A stretch of 47,893 nucleotides of DNA from Opitutales bacterium UBA7389 (GTDB taxonomy: Bacteria; Verrucomicrobiota; Verrucomicrobiia; Opitutales; Opitutaceae). The notes beneath the pieces are model-generated. The model ran no database searches. It worked only from the letters and a program-made list of their open reading frames with translations, and was not told the DNA's origin. This document shows positions 30,525 through 40,222 of this stretch, piece after piece (the stretch's first letter is position 1; every line of letters begins with the position of its first letter). Made by a program: the position numbers and the translations under genes. Location: assembly GCA_002474325.1 (NCBI GenBank), contig DKNL01000297.1:1-47893 (forward strand), written 5' to 3'.

Positions 30525-30733
30525 GGCGAACGCGATCGGCTGGAATCCCGATTCGCACTATCTATATTCTCGAATACTTCAATAGACGGAATCCGATTTG
30601 TCCAGTTCAGCCCGAGCAAGAATTTTCGGAGAAGAGCGAGCCTGGGGCTCTCCGAATGGCTCCTTTCCCAGTCGACTGGATAGGCTTTATAACCGGTTCA
30701 ATGAAGTCTAACTACCAGAAGAAATCCAGATAA

Positions 30734-31459
30734 ATGAGCTTCGCACTATCCAGCCGAGCAAAACGTGTAGGCATCGCGTTTACATTAGCTCTTATGCTGC
30801 CGGCGTTAACGGGTTGCGTGTATTTGAGGCTTCTAGACTTCAAGAATCAGCTCAAATCATTCGACGAGCATGTGTCTGTCCTGAAGGGCAAAGAGCTGGC
30901 TTTCGAGTTTTCCGAACCCATTGTAAAGAATTCCGACTTCGTTTTCATCACCGGTTCCCAACCAAGCCAAATTGAATTCGTCGACTCAGCCGGCTATAAC
31001 GAGTGGTGGACATGGCATTTCCAGAAACGACCGAGTATCGATTCGGAAAGGCCATTCCGAATAACCTTCCGAGCCCACTTCCAGGATGACCTGCTTACCC
31101 GCTTTGAGGTCGATAAGGCATTCGTTGAATTGTTCGGACAGGACTTTACTCGAGAGATCCTGAGTCGCGTAGGCCACGCCAAGATCAACAAACTCAGGCG
31201 CAGCGTAACCATTGCGATCGATTCCGCCTCGCTTGCCAAGCTTTCACCACCTTCTCTGAACGAAATCGTCGATCTGATGGGAGAGCCAACGGAAATCCTA
31301 GATTCAAATTCGCCCTCCATCAAATCTTGCCGCTACGAATTCCGCTTCTACAATCCGGAAAACGGGAAATCGGCGGGTAGATTCAGTCTATATCTAATCG
31401 GAAAAGCCGAAAATCCAGAGTCGCCGATCGCGGGTTTCTCAGCCCGAGGAAAAGCTTAA
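30734..31459 (+). CDS. Putative lipoprotein
   Basis: Signal peptide with lipobox LTGC, followed by VYLRLL. Confidence 0.75.
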   Translation: MSFALSSRAKRVGIAFTLALMLPALTGCVYLRLLDFKNQLKSFDEHVSVLKGKELAFEFSEPIVKNSDFVFITGSQPSQIEFVDSAGYNEWWTWHFQKRPSIDSERPFRITFRAHFQDDLLTRFEVDKAFVELFGQDFTREILSRVGHAKINKLRRSVTIAIDSASLAKLSPPSLNEIVDLMGEPTEILDSNSPSIKSCRYEFRFYNPENGKSAGRFSLYLIGKAENPESPIAGFSARGKA

Positions 31460-31617
31460 AGGTTACCGGTCGAATTTCGCTATTCATACAGATCGACCGC
31501 CCACCGGTCTTCCATTCGACACCCGAAATGCTATGAGTTGGCCAAAACGGTGTCTTGGAGTGATTGGGATGGCAACTCACCCGGTGATGCTACACGCATC
31601 CACTTTTGGTGCTGTTG

Positions 31618-33927
31618 CTACTGTCCCGCTTCGACAGGATTATACCGATTTATGGCCGGGTTGACTAATTCAGTCACTCGGCCATCCGACCACGTTATTT
31701 CGATTCTATCGATCGAATCCAAATCACCAATCCCGAACCTCATGAATGACGAGGTTTGGGAATTACGGATTTGCCCGCGAGCATTCACTCGGGCCGACTC
31801 ATAATTTTTGCCAAACACTCGCGTCGTCGCTCCAATCACAGAATGATCGGGGGCTGGACGAAGCTGCACGCCTATCCAGTTGCCAACGCCAACTAGATCA
31901 TTCTCGAGAATTCTCACTTGTAATTGGTCTTCGACCAAATCGCTGTCCAAAACAATCAGGTCAGGTCTCCCATCCATATTAAAATCCTCAGAAACGCCAG
32001 CCTTGCCATCCACCTCTAGGGACACCCCCATCAAATAGGCAATGTCGACAAATCCGCTCTCCCCAAAGTTGGCGAGCAATCGGTTTTTCTGATAAGGGGC
32101 CCAGCTGTATTCGTCATCGCTCAAATAAGTCGTGGGATCGTTCTCGGCAAAGAACTTAAACACGTCTTGAACCTTTTCACCTTCGATATCATAGATATCG
32201 TGACGCCAGAACACTTCATCGTAATTTCTAGCGGTTTTCCGGCTGACGTTTCCATTATTCAAATACAAATCCAAGAAACCGTCGTTGTTGAAATCGATAT
32301 CTATGCCACCCCAAACCCAGCCTGCTCTAGCGAAAACGCCTTCATCGTCATAAAGCGAGAAACCATTGTCGCCGCCTCGCCAAAGCCGACTCCCTCGGGC
32401 TACTATCGGTCTCATGGCTTCACTTTCAGCAAAGCCCTCTCGATGCGAACCCATAGCACTCATTCTGCGCCCTACTTCAGAACCCACTCCACCAGCAAAA
32501 ATATCGAGGAAACCGTCGCGGTCGAAATCCGCTATCAGTTGCGAGGTGCCAAACATCTGCGGCGATTTTAACCATTCTTTTGAAACATCTCCGAGCAGAA
32601 TACTGTCGCTTGATGAGAAAACATCTACTCCGGAAAAGTTGCTAGTCATCAATAAATCCTGACGCCCATCTCCATCGAGGTCCGCAATCGAGGCGGCTCT
32701 ATTGCGACGATTGCTTTTTGCAGACAGTCCGGTTCCTTTAGTGAATTCCCGAAACTTGAGGCGCCCTCGATTGATCAGGAGATAGGAAGACAAACCGTCA
32801 TTGGAATTATAATACGGTTTGGGTAGAACTCCCCTAGTATAAGATTCGACATTCTGCCCAATAAACAGATCCGGCAATCCATCATTATTGACGTCCCCCA
32901 CAGTCAAGGACACGGCTCCGAAAAGGGTTTTCGGTTCCCAAATCGTTTTGGGCTTCCTGTCGTAAGCTCCCGTTTTCCTATGTTGCTCAAACACGAGAAC
33001 CCCGATGCCTCGAAGGCATATGACGTATTCGCGTTTGCCATCCAAATCCAAATCGACGAGCAAGGCGGAATCAATAACGCTTAGAGCGGGTGGGCTTTCG
33101 AGAAGCGGCTTCGGATCGAATTCGAAATTTCCGTAATTCCGGTAGACCATGTTTTCTTGAGGAAACACAATATCGGGCTTTCCATCTAGATCGACGTCTT
33201 CCACCATAATATACCGATACGGGGAATTGGAAACACCGCTATCTAGCCAATCCCGGGTAAGAAATCCCTTCTTTCCCGTCCTTCTAAATTGCTGAAGCTC
33301 GGGGAAGGTAATCGATGATGGATGGTGAATCCCCTCCTCATCAGCCTCCAAACCCCATTGAATTCGAGCGATCCCTCGAAAAGAGCGTCGGTAAAGGGTA
33401 TGGCTGGGACCGCTGACATTTAGTTCGAATTCTATCTCTGATATAGCAATCCCGTTGTCTTGAAGCTCGAATCCGGAATGGCGGAAGTCGAACTGGTCTA
33501 ACTGATACCCTTGTTGCTCGAAATCGCTAACCATCGTTTGCAACTGATAACTTTTCAGAAGCTGTATTCCGGATGGTGGCACTTGATGGATAAATTCGAA
33601 AACACCCTGGGGATGTCTCTGATTGAGGGTCCAATTCGGCTTTTCCACAGACCCCAACGAAAATGTGCGAAACACCTGCAGCGGTGATTCCGCTTCCCTG
33701 AGCGAATCCCAAAACTTAGCAATGGATTCCCCGTAAGCTTCGGCAGCGGCTTCCACTTTCCAGACCGTCGCATCTCTCTGCTCTCGCTTCGCTTGAATGT
33801 CCGCTGATTTTTCAGTCTGGGCATTTGCCAGCGAAACCAGCCATCCAACGAATCCCACTAGGGCCAAAAATCCTTTGGCAGGCACTGACCAGGTTTCAAA
33901 AATTGAATTAGAAGGGGCTCTTGACAT
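31618..33927 (-). CDS. CRTAC1-family protein: FG-GAP/VCBS repeats plus C-terminal ASPIC/UnbV domain
   Basis: Repeated DxDxDGxxD loops (DVDLDGKPD, DVNNDGLPD, DLDGDGRQD, DFDRDGFLD, DFNNDGFLD, DFNMDGRPD). C-terminal GNWIGVQL...FGIG...IEITWSDG and a signal peptide. Confidence 0.88.
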   Translation of the reverse strand: MSRAPSNSIFETWSVPAKGFLALVGFVGWLVSLANAQTEKSADIQAKREQRDATVWKVEAAAEAYGESIAKFWDSLREAESPLQVFRTFSLGSVEKPNWTLNQRHPQGVFEFIHQVPPSGIQLLKSYQLQTMVSDFEQQGYQLDQFDFRHSGFELQDNGIAISEIEFELNVSGPSHTLYRRSFRGIARIQWGLEADEEGIHHPSSITFPELQQFRRTGKKGFLTRDWLDSGVSNSPYRYIMVEDVDLDGKPDIVFPQENMVYRNYGNFEFDPKPLLESPPALSVIDSALLVDLDLDGKREYVICLRGIGVLVFEQHRKTGAYDRKPKTIWEPKTLFGAVSLTVGDVNNDGLPDLFIGQNVESYTRGVLPKPYYNSNDGLSSYLLINRGRLKFREFTKGTGLSAKSNRRNRAASIADLDGDGRQDLLMTSNFSGVDVFSSSDSILLGDVSKEWLKSPQMFGTSQLIADFDRDGFLDIFAGGVGSEVGRRMSAMGSHREGFAESEAMRPIVARGSRLWRGGDNGFSLYDDEGVFARAGWVWGGIDIDFNNDGFLDLYLNNGNVSRKTARNYDEVFWRHDIYDIEGEKVQDVFKFFAENDPTTYLSDDEYSWAPYQKNRLLANFGESGFVDIAYLMGVSLEVDGKAGVSEDFNMDGRPDLIVLDSDLVEDQLQVRILENDLVGVGNWIGVQLRPAPDHSVIGATTRVFGKNYESARVNARGQIRNSQTSSFMRFGIGDLDSIDRIEITWSDGRVTELVNPAINRYNPVEAGQ

Positions 33928-34011
33928 GAAGTCTGGATTGGAACCTCCCTAGCCAAAGCGTTCAAGACTGAACTCGCGCGGTCTGGCCAATCGCGATTTT
34001 CGATTGTCCCT

Positions 34012-34770
34012 CTACACCTTTTCAGAAATCAGGGTTACGGGAGACCAACGAGCCATCAAACGAATGGCAAAATTATCAAATAAGTTTCGAGAATAGCGGT
34101 ATGCCGTAGAATCTCCACTCAACCGTCTCCGTAACAAGCAAACATTATATCTTGGACTTACCTTGAAACCTACCCGCTCTCCTATATACAGGAAGCGTTT
34201 CCATGAAGGGATTAATCGACAGATCCTATCGCTGCCTGTTCGATCGTTGCCGGAATCGACAAGTCCGGATCCTGCAGCCAAAGAAGGTAAAATCCCAAGA
34301 GCCCAGGACATCTCTTTCGCTTCAAAGCAGTGAAGGCCAATACCTGATCGCCGAAGAGCTCGATAACATTGCTCGAGGTACCAGCCCAATTGGCGACTAT
34401 GTTCAAGAACTTGGCTCGAGATGGTGATATCGAAATATCGGTCTTCAAACGGCCAGGGTTCCCCTGGGGGAACTAAGCGAATCCTGCCTCTCCATCCAAC
34501 CTCGGGGTGCCGACACTTTAGCGACTCAACGAGTTCGTCGCAAGAGGTTGTTTTGCCAGCCATCCGATCGATAGCGATAAGTCCGTAAAGCTCGCACCTT
34601 CCAGCTAGCTTTCCCCTCTCCCGCAAAACATGCATTATTTCCGAGATAAGGTCTCCCCTACCACAACCGGCATCCAAGATCCTTATAGGATTCGAATTGC
34701 CCTGCAAAGTAGCTCGTCGCTCTATCTCCGCGAGCAAACAGGAAATGACATGAGCTTGAAAGCCTCTCAA
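34012..34770 (-). CDS. Class I SAM-dependent methyltransferase
   Basis: ILDAGCGRG motif I and PFEDRYFDITISSQVLEH. Start is uncertain (TTG). Confidence 0.75.
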   Translation of the reverse strand: MRGFQAHVISCLLAEIERRATLQGNSNPIRILDAGCGRGDLISEIMHVLRERGKLAGRCELYGLIAIDRMAGKTTSCDELVESLKCRHPEVGWRGRIRLVPPGEPWPFEDRYFDITISSQVLEHSRQLGWYLEQCYRALRRSGIGLHCFEAKEMSWALGILPSLAAGSGLVDSGNDRTGSDRICRLIPSWKRFLYIGERVGFKVSPRYNVCLLRRRLSGDSTAYRYSRNLFDNFAIRLMARWSPVTLISEKV

Positions 34771-34851
34771 AGCAAACTGATCCTTCTGGAAATTCGCCCG
34801 CCAATTACAAGCTCTGGTCAGGAATGGCTAGCGATGCTTATCCGCCTCAAT

Positions 34852-35526
34852 CTAGGTTTGAGCATCTCCTTTAAGCACTTGCTTCAAAGATTGGGATGTC
34901 AGGAGAAAGTACACCTCTTCGGCTATATTCTTGGCGTGGTCCGCGATTCGCTCGAACGATTTCGAAATGAAAATCATTTCCGCATATACGTCTACTTTGG
35001 ATGCATCGTCTTTCATAAGTTCCACGAATTCCTTGAAATTTTCTCGGTTTAACGCGTCCACTTCCTTATCTTGTCTGATAATTTGGTAGGCGATGTCCTC
35101 ATCTTCCTGAATAAAGCTAAACAAAGCCTCTTTCAGCATACTTATCGCAAGCTCACACATGTCAGGCACACGCCCCAATTCCCGATAGGTCTCATTGCTA
35201 GCCAAAATCTTCTTGGTCCTCTTTACGATACTTGTCGCTTCATCACCAACACGCTCGAGATCGTGACTCGCCTTCACGGCAATGAAAAGCAATCGCAGAT
35301 CCTTAGCAACCGGGGCTCTCAGACTAATGTAGCGAGCTACCTCCTCATCGATCCGGGTTTCGATCGCGTCGATTATCTCATCCCCTTCTATTACGCTTTC
35401 AGCGATATCGAGGTCCCTTTGTTCTAAAGCTCTCAAGGCAAGATTCGCGCTTTCCACTGCTCGCTCGCCCATTTCCATGATGTGCGAGCGGATCGCTTCG
35501 AGCTCTTCGTGAAAGAAACGCTTCAT
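34852..35526 (-). CDS. phoU: Phosphate signalling protein PhoU
   Basis: Two PhoU repeats: PVAKDLR...DLERVGD and DKEVD...FERIADHAKNIAE. Confidence 0.95.
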   Translation of the reverse strand: MKRFFHEELEAIRSHIMEMGERAVESANLALRALEQRDLDIAESVIEGDEIIDAIETRIDEEVARYISLRAPVAKDLRLLFIAVKASHDLERVGDEATSIVKRTKKILASNETYRELGRVPDMCELAISMLKEALFSFIQEDEDIAYQIIRQDKEVDALNRENFKEFVELMKDDASKVDVYAEMIFISKSFERIADHAKNIAEEVYFLLTSQSLKQVLKGDAQT

Positions 35527-35581
35527 CTCTTGTTTTCTACTTTTAACTTCAATTGCGGAAATAGCAAATAAGAACGCCTAT

Positions 35582-36379
35582 TCATCCAAAGCGCCCTGAT
35601 ATATAGGCCTCTGTTTGCTCCTTATCTGGGCTCATGAAAATCTGGTCGGTCGCGTTCATTTCGATTAAATTTCCCATGTAAAAAAACGCCGTTCGATCAG
35701 AAACACGGGCAGCTTGTTGCATGTTATGGGTAACAATTACGATTGTGTAATCATTCTTTAGTTCATGAATGAGTTCTTCGATTTTAGCGGTGGCTACTGG
35801 ATCCAATGCGGAACAAGGTTCATCCATCAACAATACATCTGGCCCTACCGCCATCGCCCGAGCTATGCAAAGCCGCTGTTGCTGCCCTCCTGAAAGGCTC
35901 AGTCCGCTCGTATCCAATCGGTCCTTAACCTCTTCCCAAAGCGCAGCTCCCTTGAGGCAACGCTCCACAGTTTCATCCAGCTCAGATTTTCTATTGATCC
36001 CTTGAATTCGTAGCCCGTAAATCACGTTTTCGTAAATGCTCTTGGGAAACGGGTTCGATTTTTGGAAAACCATGCCGATACGCTTTCTCAACTCGGTCGC
36101 ATCTACCCGTTCGTCGTAAATATCGAGACCATTAACTTCAACTTTTCCACGATCTATTCGAGCAGATTCGATGAGATCGTTCATGCGATTGATACAACGA
36201 AGTAGAGTACTCTTGCCGCAGCCCGACGGACCAATAAAAGCGGTTACTTCATGCTCAGCGATATCCATATTAATATCGAAGAGCGCTTGTTTATCGCCAT
36301 ACGAAAAATCGAAATCCGAAATCCGTATCAACGACGGGTTTCTATCCCCCCTATGGGATTCAACTGCAGGAGTATCCAT
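35582..36379 (-). CDS. pstB: Phosphate ABC transporter ATPase
   Basis: [50 protein letters not shown] and YISGRFG. Confidence 0.97.
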   Translation of the reverse strand: MDTPAVESHRGDRNPSLIRISDFDFSYGDKQALFDINMDIAEHEVTAFIGPSGCGKSTLLRCINRMNDLIESARIDRGKVEVNGLDIYDERVDATELRKRIGMVFQKSNPFPKSIYENVIYGLRIQGINRKSELDETVERCLKGAALWEEVKDRLDTSGLSLSGGQQQRLCIARAMAVGPDVLLMDEPCSALDPVATAKIEELIHELKNDYTIVIVTHNMQQAARVSDRTAFFYMGNLIEMNATDQIFMSPDKEQTEAYISGRFG

Positions 36380-36417
36380 TGTTATTTACTTTTGAAGTCT
36401 GAGCGATGCTAAGGACA

Positions 36418-37479
36418 TTACCAGCGATATTTCTTTCTCATACGGATTCTTAGCAAAATCGAGCTCAAGGCGATGGCAGCAACAATAAATAGAAACACGA
36501 AAGCAGTGCCATATTGCATTCTCGACGTGTATTCGTTCTGAGGAATTTTGGCGCTGACTACGTAAATATGGTAAGGAAGCGCCATAACACCCTGGAAAAA
36601 CAGATCGTACCAACGCTCGAGCCCTTCCCATGGAAGCTGATCTCGAAGAGCATAGGCAGCAGTGAACATGATTGGAGCCGTTTCCCCAGCTACTCTAGCG
36701 ACGCCAATGATCGAAGATGTCAAAATGCCGGGCATCGCGTAGGGCAAGACATTGGTTCGAATCGTCGTCCATTGGGTGGCTCCCAAGGCAAAAGAAGCGT
36801 CGCGCATGCCTTGCGGAATAGCCCTCATGGATTCCTCGCTAGCGGAAATGATTATCGGCAACACCATGAGGGCCAAGGTAAACCAGCCCGCGATTAAGGA
36901 AACGTTCCAGCCAAAGGCCAATACAAACATCCCCATACCGAAAATACCAAATACGATGGACGGGACGCCTGCCAGATTTAGAATAGACAGCCTGACTGCG
37001 TTCAAGATCTTGCCAGGGCGCGAATACTCACTCAAGAAAATCGCGCTGAGAACACCCAAAGTCATTGCGATTATCATCGCCCCTGCAACGAGGAGCAATG
37101 TTCCGGCAATACAGGGCCAAATTCCTCCCCCTGAATAGGCGTATGTCTCTGTCACGATTGGTTCGTCGATTCCTTGGCGAAAACTCCTGAAATTAGAATC
37201 ACTCATTTCGTATTTGCGACCCTGATACTCAAATACGTGCAAGGTCTGTGGAGAATCCGACAGGAATTCCACATTCAAGAATGGGAACTCGCTGCGGAAA
37301 ACCGTTTTACCCCCTTTGTAGACAATGTCTACGAATATAGTTGCCGCGCACAGGAGCACAAAATACGTGCCCAAACGGAAAAGAGCAAATACCAGGCGTT
37401 CCACTAACTTGCTCTTCGTGGATTTTCCGAAAAGAGACTTTTCCATGGATTCACGGACGACTGTTTTGGAGGGGCTCAT
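36418..37479 (-). CDS. pstA: Phosphate ABC transporter permease PstA
   Basis: [21 protein letters not shown] and ARVAGETAP. Confidence 0.95.
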   Translation of the reverse strand: MSPSKTVVRESMEKSLFGKSTKSKLVERLVFALFRLGTYFVLLCAATIFVDIVYKGGKTVFRSEFPFLNVEFLSDSPQTLHVFEYQGRKYEMSDSNFRSFRQGIDEPIVTETYAYSGGGIWPCIAGTLLLVAGAMIIAMTLGVLSAIFLSEYSRPGKILNAVRLSILNLAGVPSIVFGIFGMGMFVLAFGWNVSLIAGWFTLALMVLPIIISASEESMRAIPQGMRDASFALGATQWTTIRTNVLPYAMPGILTSSIIGVARVAGETAPIMFTAAYALRDQLPWEGLERWYDLFFQGVMALPYHIYVVSAKIPQNEYTSRMQYGTAFVFLFIVAAIALSSILLRIRMRKKYRW

Positions 37480-37488
37480 AACATCAAC

Positions 37489-39081
37489 CTAACCCCTGGA
37501 GATCTGGAACTTCATCACTATCTTCTGAGCAAAGTAGTTGATTAACAAAGAGATGAGAAAAAGAACAAGACCAACCATGAACAATGCTCTATAATGCATG
37601 CTTCCATGGACAACCTCGCCCAATTCCTGGGCGATTATCCCTGTCATCGTATGGACAGGCTCAAAGACGACTCCTATCCCCTCGGCGAATCTTGGAATTT
37701 CGATCCTGTTGCCAGCGCAAAGCAACACCACCATCGTTTCCCCAATCACTCGACCAAATCCCAGCAACACCGCCGATATGATGCCCGACAGAGCCGTGGG
37801 AACGATGATCCTCACAATTGTTTGCAATCGCGTCGAACCCATAGCCATGGATGCTTCTTTGTACGAAAGCGGGACATTATTGAGGGCGTCCTCGGCGAGC
37901 GTGAAAATAGTCGGAATCGCCATTAGAGCCAATAGCCCGCCAGCCGTGAATGCGTTCAAACGCTCGCTTATCGGAAAAAAGTCTATCCACGCGAGCGACT
38001 CCCATCCCGAGACTTCTCGTATCAATGTTCCAAACACAGCGATCCCAAAGAAACCTATTACTACTGACGGAATAGCGGAAATAAACTCAATGTAGGGTTT
38101 AATGAGATCACGCTCCAGAGATCGTGCAACCTGATTCACGTAAATAGCAGCTCCGACACCTAAGGGAACCGCGAAAAACATGGCCACCATAGCTACCAGC
38201 AAGGATCCGGACATTAATGGAATCAGCCCGTACCAATCTTGTATCGAACTATTCGTTACCCATTTTTTTCCGAATATAAACGAAGTAAATGCTTCGCTAA
38301 TCGGTACCGGTCTCGAGCGTTCCCAAGCGAGAACATTCTCTTCGAACTTTGAAACCTCCTCGATAAACATCTCCGCGAGCTCTTTGAATCGCTCCGTCTT
38401 GGCCTGCAATTCCGCATCGCCAAAATCGGGCGTAGACGGCAGAATCCCCTCTATCCCTCGGATGAGATTTTCATTGATCTTAATGTATTCGCTTTCGCGC
38501 GACTTCACGATGTCAAAAAAGAGGGCGAAGTCGATTTCTCGGATTTCCAATGCATCGGCTTCGTCTTGCCTGCCCGACTTGAGCAAACTTTCCCGATGCT
38601 CAGACAAATTCTGCATCTCCTGATAGGAATCGCGGGCAGCAGAAAGAATTTCATTTGCCTCGATAACATGCTCCCTCAAGGGAACAGCGAGGTCTTCGAA
38701 ATCATAGAAAAAATCCTCGCTCTCTTCCATGATCGCTCGCGATTCTTGAAAGTCGTAACCCTCCTCCGCTAGCTTTTCAATCTGCCTAGAACGAATGGAA
38801 TTCAGATAGCGGGTCAGCGCTGAAAGCGCATTTTGCTGTCCCCGCATCAGCTCTACATACTCGAGGCCCGATTGCCTGTAGAGCAATAGGCTATCTCTAT
38901 ACTGGCCAAAGAATCCCGCGCCTTCTTTGAACAAGAACAATGTAATGAGGCCGAGCACAACAATCGAAACGAACGCGTTACCGCCGAACAATCCCTTAAG
39001 CGCGCTTTCCTTGGTTAGTCCCAAGAATGACTTGCGGTTCGACGCTAGCTGGTAGCGGGTTTTGGAACTGCGCTTATCCAT
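37489..39081 (-). CDS. pstC: Phosphate ABC transporter permease PstC with a large periplasmic insertion
   Basis: AIPSVVIGFFG, EASMAMG and GRVIGETMVV. About 200 aa of charged helical sequence lies after TM1. Confidence 0.93.
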   Translation of the reverse strand: MDKRSSKTRYQLASNRKSFLGLTKESALKGLFGGNAFVSIVVLGLITLFLFKEGAGFFGQYRDSLLLYRQSGLEYVELMRGQQNALSALTRYLNSIRSRQIEKLAEEGYDFQESRAIMEESEDFFYDFEDLAVPLREHVIEANEILSAARDSYQEMQNLSEHRESLLKSGRQDEADALEIREIDFALFFDIVKSRESEYIKINENLIRGIEGILPSTPDFGDAELQAKTERFKELAEMFIEEVSKFEENVLAWERSRPVPISEAFTSFIFGKKWVTNSSIQDWYGLIPLMSGSLLVAMVAMFFAVPLGVGAAIYVNQVARSLERDLIKPYIEFISAIPSVVIGFFGIAVFGTLIREVSGWESLAWIDFFPISERLNAFTAGGLLALMAIPTIFTLAEDALNNVPLSYKEASMAMGSTRLQTIVRIIVPTALSGIISAVLLGFGRVIGETMVVLLCAGNRIEIPRFAEGIGVVFEPVHTMTGIIAQELGEVVHGSMHYRALFMVGLVLFLISLLINYFAQKIVMKFQISRG

Positions 39082-39237
39082 GGAAGCGATAATGAAACGC
39101 CGTTTCTTGAAGCAAAGCGAAAGGCATTATGAAGATCCCTCGTTTGAAGGGCATTCGGCTATAAAAATAAGCCTGTTCTTCTCCGAAAGACTACCCGCCT
39201 CAACCCGAATTGCTCGAGTTCTTCGCGGAAACCTGGT

Positions 39238-39288
39238 TCCTGAATGGGAAAGCATCGCGTCGACATATGATCCATATGTCATTCAGGG
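39238..39288 (-). other. Stem-loop in the pstS-pstC intergenic region
   Basis: GACATATG-ATC-CATATGTC (39262-39280), flanked by CCTGAATG (39239-39246) and CATTCAGG (39280-39287). Confidence 0.5.
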
Positions 39289-39330
39289 AGCAAGTCGATT
39301 CAATCGAAAACCCCCAAAGACCCAATCGCT

Positions 39331-40167
39331 CTAATTGACCGGTATAAAATGTACGGACTCGACTATCTTCTGACCTTCCTTGCTGAGGCAGAATTCGACA
39401 AACCGGCTTACGATCGGACGCATCTCGCTGTTGGCATTGTGATAGAAATACAATGGTCGGGCGTACGGATATTCCGGATTGTCAGGTTTAATGCCGTCAA
39501 CGGGCAACGGGGTAACACCTGGAGTTCCTATGTATGCCAATCCAACGTATCCGATTCCATTAGAATTTTTAGCCACTTCGGAAGCGATTTGCTCATTGCC
39601 CGCCATTTTTTGAGAGGACGGAGCGTAGTCACGCTTGCGCAAGGCCATGTCCTGAAAAACTGCGTAGGTTCCGGAAGAGGTGTTGCGCGTATAAATGGAG
39701 ACAGCCCCCGATTTGCCATTCACCGTCGCCCAGTTAGCAACGTCACCCGTAAAGATCCTTTCAACTTCCCGCGACCGAATCTTATCCATCGGATTGCCCT
39801 TGTTCACAATAATCGCAATTCCATCTTTTGCGACGGTGATCGACTCCATTTTCACACCTGCTAAAAGACCTTTAGTAAGTTCGGTTCCTTTCACCTCTCG
39901 GCTCGACATTCCCAAGTCGGCCGTACCATCTATCACCGCTGCGATCCCCGTCGAAGAGCCTTCGGCGGCAATCTCAAATATAACCTCGACGCCCTCCTTG
40001 GAAAGTGAGGCCTTAAACTCTTCCGCGAGTTGAGGCACCATTTTAGCGCCCAGAGTGTCAGACCCCTTAATCACGATTTTCTCGGCGGCGTGCCCCAGAG
40101 AAAGCGATCCGCAGGCTACTGCAAGCAAGAGAATGCGGCCGATTATTTTACATATTGCTGAGTTCAT
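39331..40167 (-). CDS. pstS: Phosphate-binding periplasmic protein PstS
   Basis: IKGSDT, EGSSTG, GMSSR, RNTSSGT, GIGYVG and YPYARPLYFY, plus a signal peptide. Confidence 0.93.
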   Translation of the reverse strand: MNSAICKIIGRILLLAVACGSLSLGHAAEKIVIKGSDTLGAKMVPQLAEEFKASLSKEGVEVIFEIAAEGSSTGIAAVIDGTADLGMSSREVKGTELTKGLLAGVKMESITVAKDGIAIIVNKGNPMDKIRSREVERIFTGDVANWATVNGKSGAVSIYTRNTSSGTYAVFQDMALRKRDYAPSSQKMAGNEQIASEVAKNSNGIGYVGLAYIGTPGVTPLPVDGIKPDNPEYPYARPLYFYHNANSEMRPIVSRFVEFCLSKEGQKIVESVHFIPVN

Positions 40168-40222
40168 TGGTTCTGTGTGCTTTCTAATATAATTTATACC
40201 TATTCGTTTGGGAAAATGCCGC

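Noticed and set aside
39062-39334. 90-aa plus-strand ORF between pstS and pstC
   Set aside because: It is antisense within the pst operon, has a TTG start overlapping pstC, and shows no motifs.
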